Origin: Wallemia ichthyophaga EXF-994
Lineage: Eukaryota > Fungi > Basidiomycota
NCBI RefSeq assembly: GCF_000400465.1
Contig: NW_008806286.1
Span: 293,865-325,864, forward strand
DNA length: 32,000 nucleotides
Direction of reading: 5' to 3'
The notes below the pieces were generated by a model. That model saw only the letters and a list, made by a program, of their open reading frames with translations. It was not told the DNA's origin and searched no databases. The position numbers were made by a program, and so were the translations under genes. Below are positions 9,753 through 21,600 of this stretch, piece after piece; position 1 is the stretch's first letter, and each line of letters opens with the position of its first letter.

Positions 9753-12700
9753 ATGTCACAGCTCACTATCCTCCGCGGCTACAAAGATCCCGATAAGAAT
9801 GATCTTCTGTGTGATTACCTCCGACTCCCACAGTCCTCAACACCGCTGATAGATCTAAGCGCAACGTTTGGTGTACACGGCACAAACCAAGTATTTTACG
9901 GGAATATCTATCTATTCGACCATTTCTTATGCTTCAAATCTTATGATTTGCGTTCTTGCGTCGCTACAATCCCCCTTTACTCCATACGCAGAGTTGAAAG
10001 ACTTTCTACCATCAATCAGCCTGGTACTCTCGCACTCAGCTTCATTCTCTGGCACGGTTTGAAGCTTGTTGTACAGCTAAACACCCTCAAACCAAACTCT
10101 GATGACTTTTGCAATCACCTCAAGCGTTGTCTCAGAGATCAACTTGGTTTAATGAAGTCTGTAAAGGGATTTGCTAAAGGCTGTTACTCTGAGTGGCTCG
10201 TTGGTGAGGATATCGATGATACCAACGATGCCAACGATGCCAACGATGATATCAATCATGATCCTACCTCCACTCACCACCACGGCCTCGGCTTCCTATT
10301 CAAATTCCCCGGTGACCCTAAGAAACTTCGCGAGAAATCCAAACTCAGACTCTGGAAAGACTACTTTAGACTGCACGGTCGCAATATCACTCTCGTTCGA
10401 TACCCTCAATTCACCAGACTCGTTCAAGTCGGTCTCCCCTCCAAATTGCGCGGTGAAATGTGGGAAATATTGTCTGGTTCTATCTACGACAGGTTCTCTC
10501 ACCCTGGCTTATACCAACAGATTCTCGATGAACATGCAGGCGAGTCGACGATGGCTACTGACGAAATTGAAAAAGATTTGAATAGAAGTTTGCCGGAGTA
10601 TGGTGCATACCAAGATCCCGTCGGTATCAACGCTCTTAGAAGGGTGTTGACGGCGTACAGCTGGCGCAATCAGGTGGGTTATTCCTACACATTCCACCCC
10701 CGCTCATCCACCCCAAGGAACTAGGATACTGTCAAGCTATGAATATACTCGTCGCAGCTTTGTTGATGTGAGTGTTTTGCTTTTTACATAATCATGATCA
10801 TACTCACACCAAACCCTACCCAGCTATATGTCGGAAGAACAGACATTCTGGTTCTTGGACAAAATCTGCACTCGCATTCTGCCAGGCTACTACAGTGCAT
10901 CCATGTACGGTACACTACTCGACCAGAAAGTATTCGAGCATCTCGTACAAAGGACAATGCCAAGTCTACACGAACACTTTACAGCATCGGACATTCAACT
11001 ATCAGTCTCTTCACTACCTTGGTTTTTGTCTCTCTACATTAACTCGATGCCACTCGTCTTCGCATTCAGGATTATTGACTGTTTCGTCGCTTTCGGCCCT
11101 CGCGTTCTCTTCCAAGTTGGATTGGCAGCACTCAAAGTGAACTCGGACAAGCTTATGGATGCCACGGATGATGGCATGGTGTTAAGTATCTTCCGCGACT
11201 ATTTTGCTAATCTCGAAGAATCAGTCTCGCCCCAGTCATCCGATCCGAAAGTGCTCAATATTACAAACTTTTCAGAGCTGCTTGTTGTCGCATTTAGAGA
11301 GGTAGGCGGATAGTCTATGAAAGTGAATCCTTTCTCACGCACACACCAGTTCAGTGTCATCACCGATGACACCATTATAGAAGAAAGGAGGAGATTCCGT
11401 GGTGGAATTATCAAATCAATTGAATTGTTCTCCAAACGATCTGCTATTCGCAATCTCAAAGACTATGGAAAGTTTGGTGTGGACGGCGTTAATAAGATCT
11501 TTGACCACTTTTTCTACGCTCTCTGCAAAACTCCTACTCCTCTAGCCGCCCTTCCTCCATCGACACCGTCTAAGCTGCGCATCAGTGAGGAGCTCTCAGA
11601 CCGTACGGAGACAGTGATCGACTTGACCACGTTCAGAGTTTTTCTCAGTGACATTGCAAGTTGGGCGCGTGACGAGAAGATGATTACGAATGGTTTTCAG
11701 CAACGTGTCGTGCGCTCAGTACCTGAAAACGAGATATACACTAAGATGTTTCATAAGTGGGACTACACGGGGAGAGCTGCGCTTGGATTGCAAGATTTAG
11801 TGAAGGGTTTGAATGGCGTCATGTTCAATGGACTACTTGACAATATTGAGTGGTTCTTCACGTTGCATGACAGCGACAATGATGGCTATCTCACTAAGGA
11901 TGAGTTGGTGCAGTTGTCAGAGAGTCTTTTGGTAAGTTTGGTATGTTGTACTGCAAACACTTCTCACCATTCCACTTCACTCCCTCACAGTTCATCTTCC
12001 GCGCTGAACCTGGCGACGCTTACCTGGGAGCCGTCAGCAAATTTATGACCAATGCCTTCGAGTATGCCGACAGCTTGATCGAGCAGCCGCAAGCGGTGAA
12101 GGAGGGCGACAAAGATAAAGCTGAAACAGTAAAAAAAGAAGCTAAACAAAAAGACCCTCTAAGCGCTACAGAAGCGTCTGACAACTGCATCCCTGGTTCC
12201 CCACAGGTTAACAATGACGACCCATACATCAATCTTCCGACATTTCGGATGGTCTGTCTAGCTGATGAGCTGTTAGAGGCCTTCTTCGATCAGGATCTCA
12301 CACGCAGTTTCAGTTTCGAGCACGTGCCCCAATCTGCCATAGACCATCCCCTGATTGACCTCAGTACGCTCGACGATATTGGCATCGGCAGCACCGGTCT
12401 AGTGGGTAACATACTTGGCGGAATATTCAGCAAGGACAACAAAGAGATGCTCAATGGGCTAGCGGATGAGATTGGCAAATCATTCGGTAAACACCACGTT
12501 GAATACAGACCTGCTTTCGGTCGCGTCAATAGTCAGGTGGAGGTGGAAGAGAAGCGTCGACCTGCGCCTGAAGAGAAGGACAGCAGTATCGTAAGTGGAA
12601 TGGCTAACCTCCTTTCAAGCACACCGTCATGGTTCTCGAGATCTAAATCCGATCACGGCAGGCAGGAGCAGGAGCAGGTACATGAGCGTGAAATGGTGGA

Positions 12701-13076
12701 GAAGCCATCGAGCGGCACTATTAGCAGCGGCGGTGGCAGCGGTGAACAAGCAGAAGAGGAGGCACTTCTCGATCACCAACACACCTCCACAAACGGCGAA
12801 TCGCACTTGGCTTCCATTAAAGCTGCTCAGGAGGCCTTGGCTAATCGTCAAGCATTTGCTATCGATCAGCGCGACGATAATGACGACGACGATACCTTGG
12901 ACGACTCCCTTCATTCCACTGAAGAAGCAGGTGGAGAGTTCGCAATTGGCAGCGATGAGGATGAAGATATGATGGATGAAGTCGACGCTATCGATCTCGA
13001 TGACCAGCATGCTATTGGTGCCGAGGAGGCTGCCAAGATTCTTAACGCACCCGTCGATAAAGATCAGAGGATCTAG
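9753..13076 (+). CDS. Rab GTPase-activating protein, GRAM-TBC-EF-hand architecture (Gyp2/Mdr1, TBC1D8/9-like)
   Basis: N-terminal GRAM-like region. TBC catalytic fingers IEKDLNRSLP and ELGYCQAMN (after intron 10674-10717). EF-hand DSDNDGYLTKDE. Further introns 10768-10823, 11302-11349 and 11932-11990. Confidence 0.92.
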
Positions 13077-13162
13077 ATAGACACGAACAAGATGATGATG
13101 ATGACAACTTTTCTTTATATCAATTACAAACTACTTATACATTAGATTAAAATACACTTTTC

Positions 13163-14986
13163 TCACTTGCCTAATCCTTTCGGGCATTTGGCAGGTTGTG
13201 CGGAGCTTTCTTGTTGATGCAGCTGCCCATCACCCGATTTAACGCTCACACTCTCTTTCTCCCACTCATCGAGAAGCTGCTGATCATGAACCTTGTGCTC
13301 CCTATTAATCAGTCTCGCGTCGTGAGGGAGGTCGTGAGGAAAGTATTCCTGGTGTACTGGATGAGCATAGGCTGGGTTATAGAGGTACTCTCTACCGTAA
13401 CCTAAACTTTTCATGAGCTGAGTAGGTGCGTTTCTCAGATGAATCGGAACGGGATACTGGGGGTGATTCCTGACAGCGTCGACTGCATTGTTATAACCTA
13501 CATAGCTCCTAATCGATTTCGCTGCTTCAGCGAGATATACGGTGCAGTGAGCGAGGTTGATTCTGCACTCGGGCAGTCCAATAAATTGACAAGCTTGGTA
13601 TGTGGCAGTAGCGAGGGGAAGAGCGGCGCAATCGGCCATTCCTACATCCTCTGAAGCGATAACGACCATTCTGCGAGCGATGTAGAGTGCATCTTCACCC
13701 GCCTCCACCATCCGCGCGAGCCAGTAAAGCGCGCCATCTACACAAGACCCGCGCACGGCTTTGTGGAAAGCAGATATAGAGTCGTAGTGGAAGTCACCGT
13801 CTCGGTCGTATTTGAGCACCATCGAACGTTTCAGAGATCCTAGTAGATCTTCTTTCGTTGTAGGCTTAGTGGTGGTCGACCGATGACGTATTTCAACAGC
13901 GCGTAGTACCATTTCGAGTGAGTTGAGCGCTGCGCGTCCATCTCCATCACTTATACTGGATAGGTAACGCAGAAAGTCTGCATCTATAATCTCTTCTATA
14001 GCTTGGTGAGCGTGATGAGCGTTCTGGTCGCGCCATTTGTGCAGTGCGTTGCGTAGCATGGTTGTTATGTCCTCCCCACTGAGCTTGGTAAGGCAGTAGA
14101 CATGGCAGCGGGATAAGAGAGCATTGTTAATTTTGAATGAGGGGTTCTCTGTTGTGGCGCCTATTACCACACACGCTCCACTCTCCATATACGGCAGAAA
14201 GGTGTCTTGCTGTGATTTGGAATAGCGGTGTATTTCATCGATGAAGAGAATAGTACGCGTGCCATTCAATTTCAGCGTCGTTTTGGCCTGATCAAGGATT
14301 TGTTTCGCCTCAGCAACGCCAGAGTTGGTAGCGGACAATTCCTTCAGCTTGGCATTGCTGCGATGAGCAATAATTCTAGCTAGCGTTGTCTTTCCAGATC
14401 CAGGTGGTCCCCAGAAGATAGAGCTGGGGATATTGTCGCTCAGTATCATGCTGCGCAATATCCCATTCTCGCCCATGAGGTCCTCCTGACCGACGTAACC
14501 ATCTATTGTCGTCGGTCGGACTCTCTCAGCTAGTGGCTGAGCTTGAATTAGATTATTCGGTGTACTTTGCGTCGCCTTAGTTGTGAATATTGGAGCTGGT
14601 GGTACATCTGTCTTCTGCTTGTTCTGCCTGTGCGTTGTATTTTCTGCCTTTTTCTTCTTTGATTGTGTGGGTATAATTTCGAGATCGCTGTCGCTGTCAT
14701 TTTTATCGTTGTCGTTGTCTTTGTCGTTGTCGTCGACACGACTAGCAGGTTTCTTCGCGTCCGATTTGCTAGCTGATTTTCTCTTCTTGGTCTTGCTGCC
14801 GCTCACGCTTCCGCTCGCTGGGGTCATGAAAGACCAATCACCATTCTCATTCTTAATCTGATTCTGAATCGCGCTGGTACGCGGCTTACTGGGAGACTTT
14901 GCAAGTGTGCAGCTTTTATCGAGATGATCATTTATCGCGTCACTCGGTAGATCTATCGCGCAGACTGGACATTTCACGGTGGTCAT
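13163..14986 (-). CDS. MGS1: AAA+ ATPase Mgs1/WRNIP1 (RarA family) with N-terminal UBZ finger
   Basis: CPVC...INDHLD.SC UBZ4, Walker A GPPGSGKT, Walker B FIDEIH, GATTENPSF, GDGRAALN, SEDVG, MKSLGYG. Start taken at the ATG at 14986. Confidence 0.95.
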   Translation of the reverse strand: MTTVKCPVCAIDLPSDAINDHLDKSCTLAKSPSKPRTSAIQNQIKNENGDWSFMTPASGSVSGSKTKKRKSASKSDAKKPASRVDDNDKDNDNDKNDSDSDLEIIPTQSKKKKAENTTHRQNKQKTDVPPAPIFTTKATQSTPNNLIQAQPLAERVRPTTIDGYVGQEDLMGENGILRSMILSDNIPSSIFWGPPGSGKTTLARIIAHRSNAKLKELSATNSGVAEAKQILDQAKTTLKLNGTRTILFIDEIHRYSKSQQDTFLPYMESGACVVIGATTENPSFKINNALLSRCHVYCLTKLSGEDITTMLRNALHKWRDQNAHHAHQAIEEIIDADFLRYLSSISDGDGRAALNSLEMVLRAVEIRHRSTTTKPTTKEDLLGSLKRSMVLKYDRDGDFHYDSISAFHKAVRGSCVDGALYWLARMVEAGEDALYIARRMVVIASEDVGMADCAALPLATATYQACQFIGLPECRINLAHCTVYLAEAAKSIRSYVGYNNAVDAVRNHPQYPVPIHLRNAPTQLMKSLGYGREYLYNPAYAHPVHQEYFPHDLPHDARLINREHKVHDQQLLDEWEKESVSVKSGDGQLHQQESSAQPAKCPKGLGK

Positions 14987-15503
14987 GGGTGGTGGCAGCG
15001 ATGGCAGCGGATAATGAACGAGTGAGGGTGGTTTTGGGTGCTCTGAGTGTTTATACAGCACTACAGTGAGCTTTAAGCAAATTTAAGTTGAGAAGCCGGC
15101 AAGTAGATACCTTGATAACTTGAAAAGTCGACAAGACGCGTGATGTCATTTTAAAAAAGTTGATAAACTTTATTTGTTTATTTAAGCTTGATGAGAGAGT
15201 AGTGGCTGGTTATTTAACAGCTTCACACCTTCACAATATGTCGTATGTACCTAGACACGGCAAGCCTGGCGAATGTAACACAATATTCGAAACATATTAA
15301 ATTAAAGACCCTAATAATGTTCCAGGCTGACCAGCTTACAGCTCACAACTGCGCATGCTCACCTTCCATTTCTGTCGTTTGTGTTCAAAATTCGCCGATA
15401 AAATTTTCCGCAAATTGAATTAATTAACTTAGGAGAATAAATAGAGAAAGAGATATGCACTAAACTCTCACAACTCAACAATCAACACTCAACACTCACC
15501 GCA

Positions 15504-15880
15504 ATGCAATTCTCGACTATCGCACTCACCGCAACAGCCTTCTTCTCCGCATCACTCGCTTCCAAGCTGCAAATGAGAGCGGGTGACTGCTCCACGGAGA
15601 ACGTCAAGTGCTGCAACCAAGTCAAGGACGCTTCCTCTATCGACACTGGTACGCTTGGATTGCTCGGCATTGACGAACTCGCTGGCCAAGTCGGACTCGA
15701 GTGTACCCAAGTCGCTGCTGCCATCGGTGTACCTATCTCTGACCAATGCAAGACTACCGCTGCATGCTGCAGTGGTCAAACCCAAAACGGTGTTGCCAAC
15801 TTGGTACGTAGGATGCTGGCTTCTAACACATTGTCTAACCATGCTGCTTCTAGGGCTGCACTCCAATCTCTATCATCTAG
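15504..15880 (+). CDS. Class I hydrophobin, 108 aa
   Basis: Signal peptide. After splicing intron 15804-15853 (last exon GCTPISII*), eight Cys are spaced C-X6-CC-X29-C-X14-C-X5-CC-X12-C. Confidence 0.95.
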
Positions 15881-15991
15881 GCTACTACCACTTGTATTTT
15901 TCTATAGTGAAACCAATTTGAGACATTCGTGTTGATGTGATGTGTATGTAAGGAATGCATGAAACGGAAAAAGACGTCTATAATCTCGAGT

Positions 15992-16992
15992 CTATCTCTT
16001 GACCCAAGTTCTTTGTTTGCGAGCTTTGACGAGATTAGTTTTCTTCCTCTCGACTTGTCTAGGGTCACGCAGGAGAAGACCAGCTGGTGTGGAGTGTGAG
16101 TGTGAGTGTCAACGCCAATAAAGAGGGAAAACTCACCCTTCTTCAAAACCCTCTTAACGCTGCGTTCATCATCCGACTGCAAACCGAATCGCTGATCAAT
16201 CTGACCGAGCAAACCTTTAGCGATACCATGCGCAAGAGCTCCCGCCTGCCCCGACGTACCACCCCCTCTAACGAGAGCAAAGATGTTAAATGAGCCTAGC
16301 TGACCGGTGACTTTGAGAGGGAGGGTGATGTGTTCTCTGTCGTGAAGACGCGGGAAGAAGGCGCTTACGGGTTGGTTGTTGACCAGAATTTCACTTGTGC
16401 GTACTTGCTTATCGTTACAAGTAGGCAACAGCCAAACTCTGGCGGAACTCTCTTTACGTTTGCCTACGGTGTAACTCCTGCCAATGTCGTCGATTTCAAC
16501 GGGTTTGCGCTGGGCTACGTGCACCTCTCTGCCACCAGGAGGTTCGTAGTTTCTGAGGGAGAGTTGAATGTCGTCGACGATCTGCGCCGTCTGTGCACCA
16601 CCAGAGTTAGCGGCGGGGAGGAGCTTTGTGATGGAATTGAGGAGGTCGATCAGGCGGCGGTATTCGGAAGCTTTGAGGTGGGTTTCGAGTCTCTTCTCGA
16701 TGGCGTCCTGGCTGAGCCATTTGAACAAGACGCGGGAGTCCTCGGAGCGGAGAAGGTGGAGCTTGTTTGTAGGCAAGGCGAGGGCATTGGAGATGGATCT
16801 TTGTGAGTGTCTCTTCAACGATTCTAGATTGGCGATAGAAGACTCAAATAACGGGCGTCCAGTGAAGTAGAACGAGTTTGTTGGTTTAGGCTGGGGCTTG
16901 AGGGGAGAAACGGGGGAATTACGGGGAGTGTAAGTGTTTGTTGAATATTGCCTTGAAATAGGTCTATTAATACACCTAGGAATTCTCAACAT
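15992..16992 (-). CDS. MRPS9: Mitochondrial small-subunit ribosomal protein uS9m
   Basis: GKRKESSARVWL, VRGGGTSGQAGAL. Intron 16084-16136 restores the C-terminal GLLLRDPRQVERKK...KARKQRTWVKR*. Confidence 0.93.
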
Positions 16993-17027
16993 TGTAGCCT
17001 CGTCGTCGTCAAGTAAAAACGCTGAAA

Positions 17028-17505
17028 ATGCACCAAAAAAGATCATCGATACATCCATCAATTAGCAGAGGATCGCAGAAGCAATCCACTCCAATTTCCA
17101 CAATACTCCCTGCCAAAGCGCTTGAGCTGCATGGATTGGAGCAAGTGAAGGAGGCGAGTGGTGAGCTGCTAGAACGCGTGGAAGGACTCGCAGATGAAGC
17201 GCATAAGCTTGCACAAGGTGGAGAAGCAGTGGGGAAAGTATTGGGGGTTTGGGAGGAGTTATTCAGTGTTATTCGATTGATGGGATGTGAGTTGTTGTCT
17301 TTGGCGGTGCTTCACGAGTCTTACGCGTATTTAAGCTGTAAGCGGTAATCAGCAGGGGACAGAGACAGCGACAGCGACAACGACAGCAACAACGACAGCG
17401 ACAAGGGATGGTGATGGATACGCCGATCAAAACACAGACACAGAAACACAGAAGCCAATTGAGAAATTAGTCCGTGTACCCGTAGATGGACACTCCATAA
17501 AGTGA
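17028..17505 (+). CDS. DAD2: DASH/Dam1 kinetochore complex subunit Dad2
   Basis: Coiled coil LEQVKEASGELLERVEGLADEAHKLAQGGEAVGKVLGVWEELF. Intron 17287-17335 gives a second exon ending EKLVRVPVDGHSIK* (Dad2-type LVRxP). Recognised by motif only. Confidence 0.72.
17366..17406 (+). repeat. ACAGCG/ACAACG hexamer repeat encoding a T/A tract in Dad2
   Basis: acagcgacagcgacaacgacagcaacaacgacagcgacaa. Confidence 0.8.
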
Positions 17506-17541
17506 TGTATTCCTGTAGATATCCCTTGAATTGTTACAATT

Positions 17542-17930
17542 ATGGTTAAATCGACTGATATTTTGCTTATGGTGGTGTGTACATGATCTGATATTCTACT
17601 CAACCCTTTAAATTTCCTAGGTTACAATAATATTCCCACCCGCTGCTGTTGGTTTCATTTCTGGCTGCTCATGCGATTTGGTGGGTGAATTTACCCAAAA
17701 CACACTCAGCCAACAACACACAGCTTATAAATATCGGTCTATGCCTCCTTGGCTACCTTCCTGGCCATATTCACGCTTTCTGGCTCATCTACAAGCGTAT
17801 GGCCGCAGAAGAGCAATACGGTTACAAAGGCTTTAAATATCTTGGGAATGGAAAGTATGAGAGCGTTGAATATATATCTCAACAACCACAACATCCTCCA
17901 CCTGCTTACGGTGCAACTGAGAATGCTTAA
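17542..17930 (+). CDS. Pmp3/UPF0057 (Sna/RCI2-like) small membrane protein
   Basis: Introns 17575-17620 and 17681-17723 give MVKSTDILLMVVTIIFPPAAVGFISGCSCDLLINIGLCLLGYLPGHIHAFWLIYK..., the family FPP...LLIN..L.LLGYLPG..HA pattern. PPAY near the C-terminus. Confidence 0.9.
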
Positions 17931-17979
17931 TTTATCGTTATTGTAATTTTATCCTTTTTTTCTGATCGACTCTATCACA

Positions 17980-18592
17980 ATGCCCGCTTATATCTATCAA
18001 TTATCAAATCTATCAAGCTGTACATACGAAGAAGAGGGACGCCATTAAAGAATTCCTAGAGAAACAAGCTCAAATCAGCAAACAACTCAAAGAAATCAGG
18101 TCGAGTAAGGATCATCCATTAGGCTGTTCAAAGAAATCGATGATTCGAGACGTTTAATTGAGATGAATCTACTTGGAAACGCTTCGTTGATGCTTATAAA
18201 ACCTCCGCGAGCCGAGAATCATCTATCCTGACCTTTACATCACCGAGGAGAGTGAAATTAGAATAGGAGAGGCCATGAATCACGCAAACAGAAACGCTGA
18301 AAACAGTCATCTGATTGGCGCACAAAACGACGTCATATAGAACACCCGAAACACCACGGAATCGCCCCTTGATCATCCCACCAGCGGTCTCAAAGAGGTT
18401 ATCGACGACGACGATCAGTCCTCCAAAGACAAGCCCCGCGATTTCTTAACAAACGGCAAAGCTGTATTCACGAAACAGTCTTCATCTACTGACTTGCTTT
18501 GTTACACGACGTGTGCTCAAAGTTTGCATGACACTTGCACAGCTACATCCCAAGTAATTCTACTTGACAGCTCGAGAAAAAGAAATTTATAA
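17980..18592 (+). pseudogene. Probable decayed protein-coding gene of unknown family
   Basis: ATG at 17980, several protein-like frame fragments, and a 130-codon frame 18203-18592 broken by one TAG (18338-18340). No clean intron solution found. Confidence 0.4.
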
Positions 18593-18615
18593 CTTTAAAC
18601 ATTTTAAGCTTCCCC

Positions 18616-21600
18616 CTAAGCACCAACAAGGGTGAGGTTAAACTTGACAGCGCCAATTTCCTGATCTTCAGTCGCGATAACCTGAGCGTTTTCTTTATCA
18701 GAGAGAGGGTTACTCTTGGTAGATCTAACGATAGTATCTTTGTGCATCTCAATGGCATTCTGCAGTCCACTTATATCACCGTCCTCGCCAAGATATTTGA
18801 CGACGACATCGACGTCTTGAATTTGCAGGAGATTGGCCTTCTTGCGCAATCTCTGAATTCTATTAATGAATTCTCTAGCCAACCCTTCAGACTCAAGTTC
18901 AGGGTGAAGTCTGTAATCCAAGACGATAGTGATGTTCGAATCTGAAATAGGTTCAAACCCTTCCATCGATTCAGGCAAATCTACGTAATGTTGCACTGTC
19001 AAATCTCCAGCTTGTAACTCAATACCGTCTACTGTCAACTTTCCATTCTGCATGTACCCCTTAGCATCATCGTTGGACACCTTAGGCAAGTTGTTCTTCA
19101 CGCGCGGCATGTCCTTGCGCAGCTTCCTGCCAAGCACTGGCCAGTCAGCCGACACCTTGTACTTGATTCCGATGAATTCCTCTTCAGAGGTGACAACCAA
19201 CTCTCTGACGTTGAGCTCCTCTTTAATGTAGCCCTCAAGATGGCGCACATCCGACAAATACTCCTCTTTGTGATGGAACACTATCAATGTCTTGAGAGGA
19301 GTCTTGACGGCTATTCTCTTTCTCTCTCTAATAACCCTGCCCAATTCGATAACATTCTGCATTCTAGACACGCGTCTCTCGATGACGCTGTCAAAGTAAT
19401 CCTCACGCACATCAGGGAATGGTAGGAAATGTACCGATCGAGTGTCAGTTGCGCCTGGAATATTGTCACCAATGAATGGTCTTAAACCCTGGTAGAGGTT
19501 CTCAGTGATGAACGGAGTGAACGAGGACATGGTCCTGCAGAGCGTGAATAGAGCTTCAAAGAGTGTGCGCAACGCGGCAATCGTATCCTCCTTGCCATTC
19601 TCTCCTTTCAGTCTCCTCCTGTTGAATCTAATGTACCAGTTGGTGAGCTCGTCGATAAGTGAAAGCAGTCTTGGTATAACCGTGTATAGTCTGTATGCTG
19701 CCATTTCCTCCTTAACTATCTTGATGAGCGATTGACATCTCGCGAGTACCCATCTGTCCATCAAGTTCTCAGAACGTGGTGCAGACGCATCATACATGAA
19801 TTCAATGCCCTGCTCTTTCTTTGCTAATGCTGCCTGACCGAGGAAGAAACGGAACGAGTTGAGCCAAGGAAGCATCACACGCGACGTTACTTCTTTCACT
19901 CCCTCCTCTCTGAATCTGAGATTGTCACCACGCACAATTGGTGAGTTGACAAGGAACATTCTGGCAAATTGTGTTAGCTGATATTAAATTAAGTCGTTAA
20001 AACCCACCTAACAGCATCAGCGCCGTACTTGTCAATGATGTGGTTAGGATCAGGGTAATTCTTCAGACTCTTGGACATCTTTTTACCATCTGCAGCCAAC
20101 ACCAAACCAGTAACAATAAGGTTTTTCCAAGGAGCCTTTCCAAGGAGGTGTGTTCCGAGAACAAGGAGTGTGTAGAACCATCCACGAGTCTGGTCGAGAC
20201 CCTCTGAAACGAAATCTGCAGGGAAAGACTTCTCAAACTCCTCCTTGTTTTCGAATGGATAGTGTGCTTGTGCATAAGGCATAGATCCACTCTCGAACCA
20301 GCAGTCAAAGACTTCATCAACACGCTTGAGAACGCCCTTGCCTTTCTTTGAAGGGATGGTGATGTGATCTATTTTGTCTCTGTGAATATCTGAGATGTTA
20401 GAAACACCGGAAAGCTGCTCGAGCTGCTCAATAGAGCTGATTGCCACAATCTCCTCGTAATCTTCAGACACCCAGAGAGGCATAGGAGTACCCCAGTATC
20501 TGTTACGTGAAACATTCCAATCCCTAGCATTTTGTAACCAATTACCGAATCTGTTTTCACCAATGTTGGCAGGTACCCATCTAGTCTCCTTGTTATTTTC
20601 GATCAAGTCGTTGGTGATTTGCGAAACCTTGACAAACCAGACGGGGATAGCTTTGTAGATCAGTGGGGTACCTGATCTCCAACAAAATGGGTACGAGTGG
20701 TTAATGGTCGATTGTACAATCAATCTGTTGATAGACTTAAGGTACTTTTGGATATCTTTGTCAGCCTCCTTGACGTGCACGCCCTTGTAATCAGAAACAC
20801 GCTCCGTGTACTTGCCGCTGTCGTCTACAGGGCAAGGTGGCATTTGGTCTGGAGTGATGATACCGTTAGCGATAGCGATACGATGGTCATCATCACCGAA
20901 TGCAGGTGCTTGATGGACAATACCAGTACCAGCATCTGCAGAAACGTAGTCATCATTGAGTACTTGGAAAGCAACGTCCTTGAATTCATCGTAGAAGTAA
21001 TTGAAAAGTGGCTCATACTTCCAACCTTTCATATCGCTACCTTTGTACTGAGCGACTTTCTGGAACTTGGCCTTCTTTGGATCTTTGTAGAGAGTAGTGA
21101 GAAGTTTTTCGTGGATAATAAAGTCGCGGTTCTTCTCCTCATCGTGGATTTTGAGGTAGGTGTGAGATGGATTGACACATAGGGCGAGGTTGGAAGGCAG
21201 AGTCCAAGGAGTTGTAGTCCAAGCGAGGAACGAAGTCGAAGGATCGTTGACAAGAGGGAAAGAGACGACGACAGCAGGATCTGAGACATCCTTGTATGCC
21301 TGACCAGCTTCAAAGTTAGAAAGCGGGGTAGTGCAAGCGGTTGAGTAAGGCATAACGCGGAGACCTCTATAAACAAGATCTTTATTGAACAGTTCCCCGA
21401 AAGCCCACCAAACGGATTCCATAAAGGATGTGTTCAGAGTCTTGTAATCATGGTCAAAGTCAATCCACCTGCCCATTCTCTCTACAGTATTACGCCATTC
21501 AGCTGAGTAACGCATGACGATGGCTCTGCACTCCTCATTGTACTTATCGATCCCCATATTGAGAACGTCTTCTCTGCCAGAAATGCCGAGTTTCTTGTCA

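Noticed and set aside
15504-15935. ORF-track 143-aa version of the hydrophobin
   Set aside because: It reads through intron 15804-15853 and lacks the eighth Cys, whereas the spliced form restores it.
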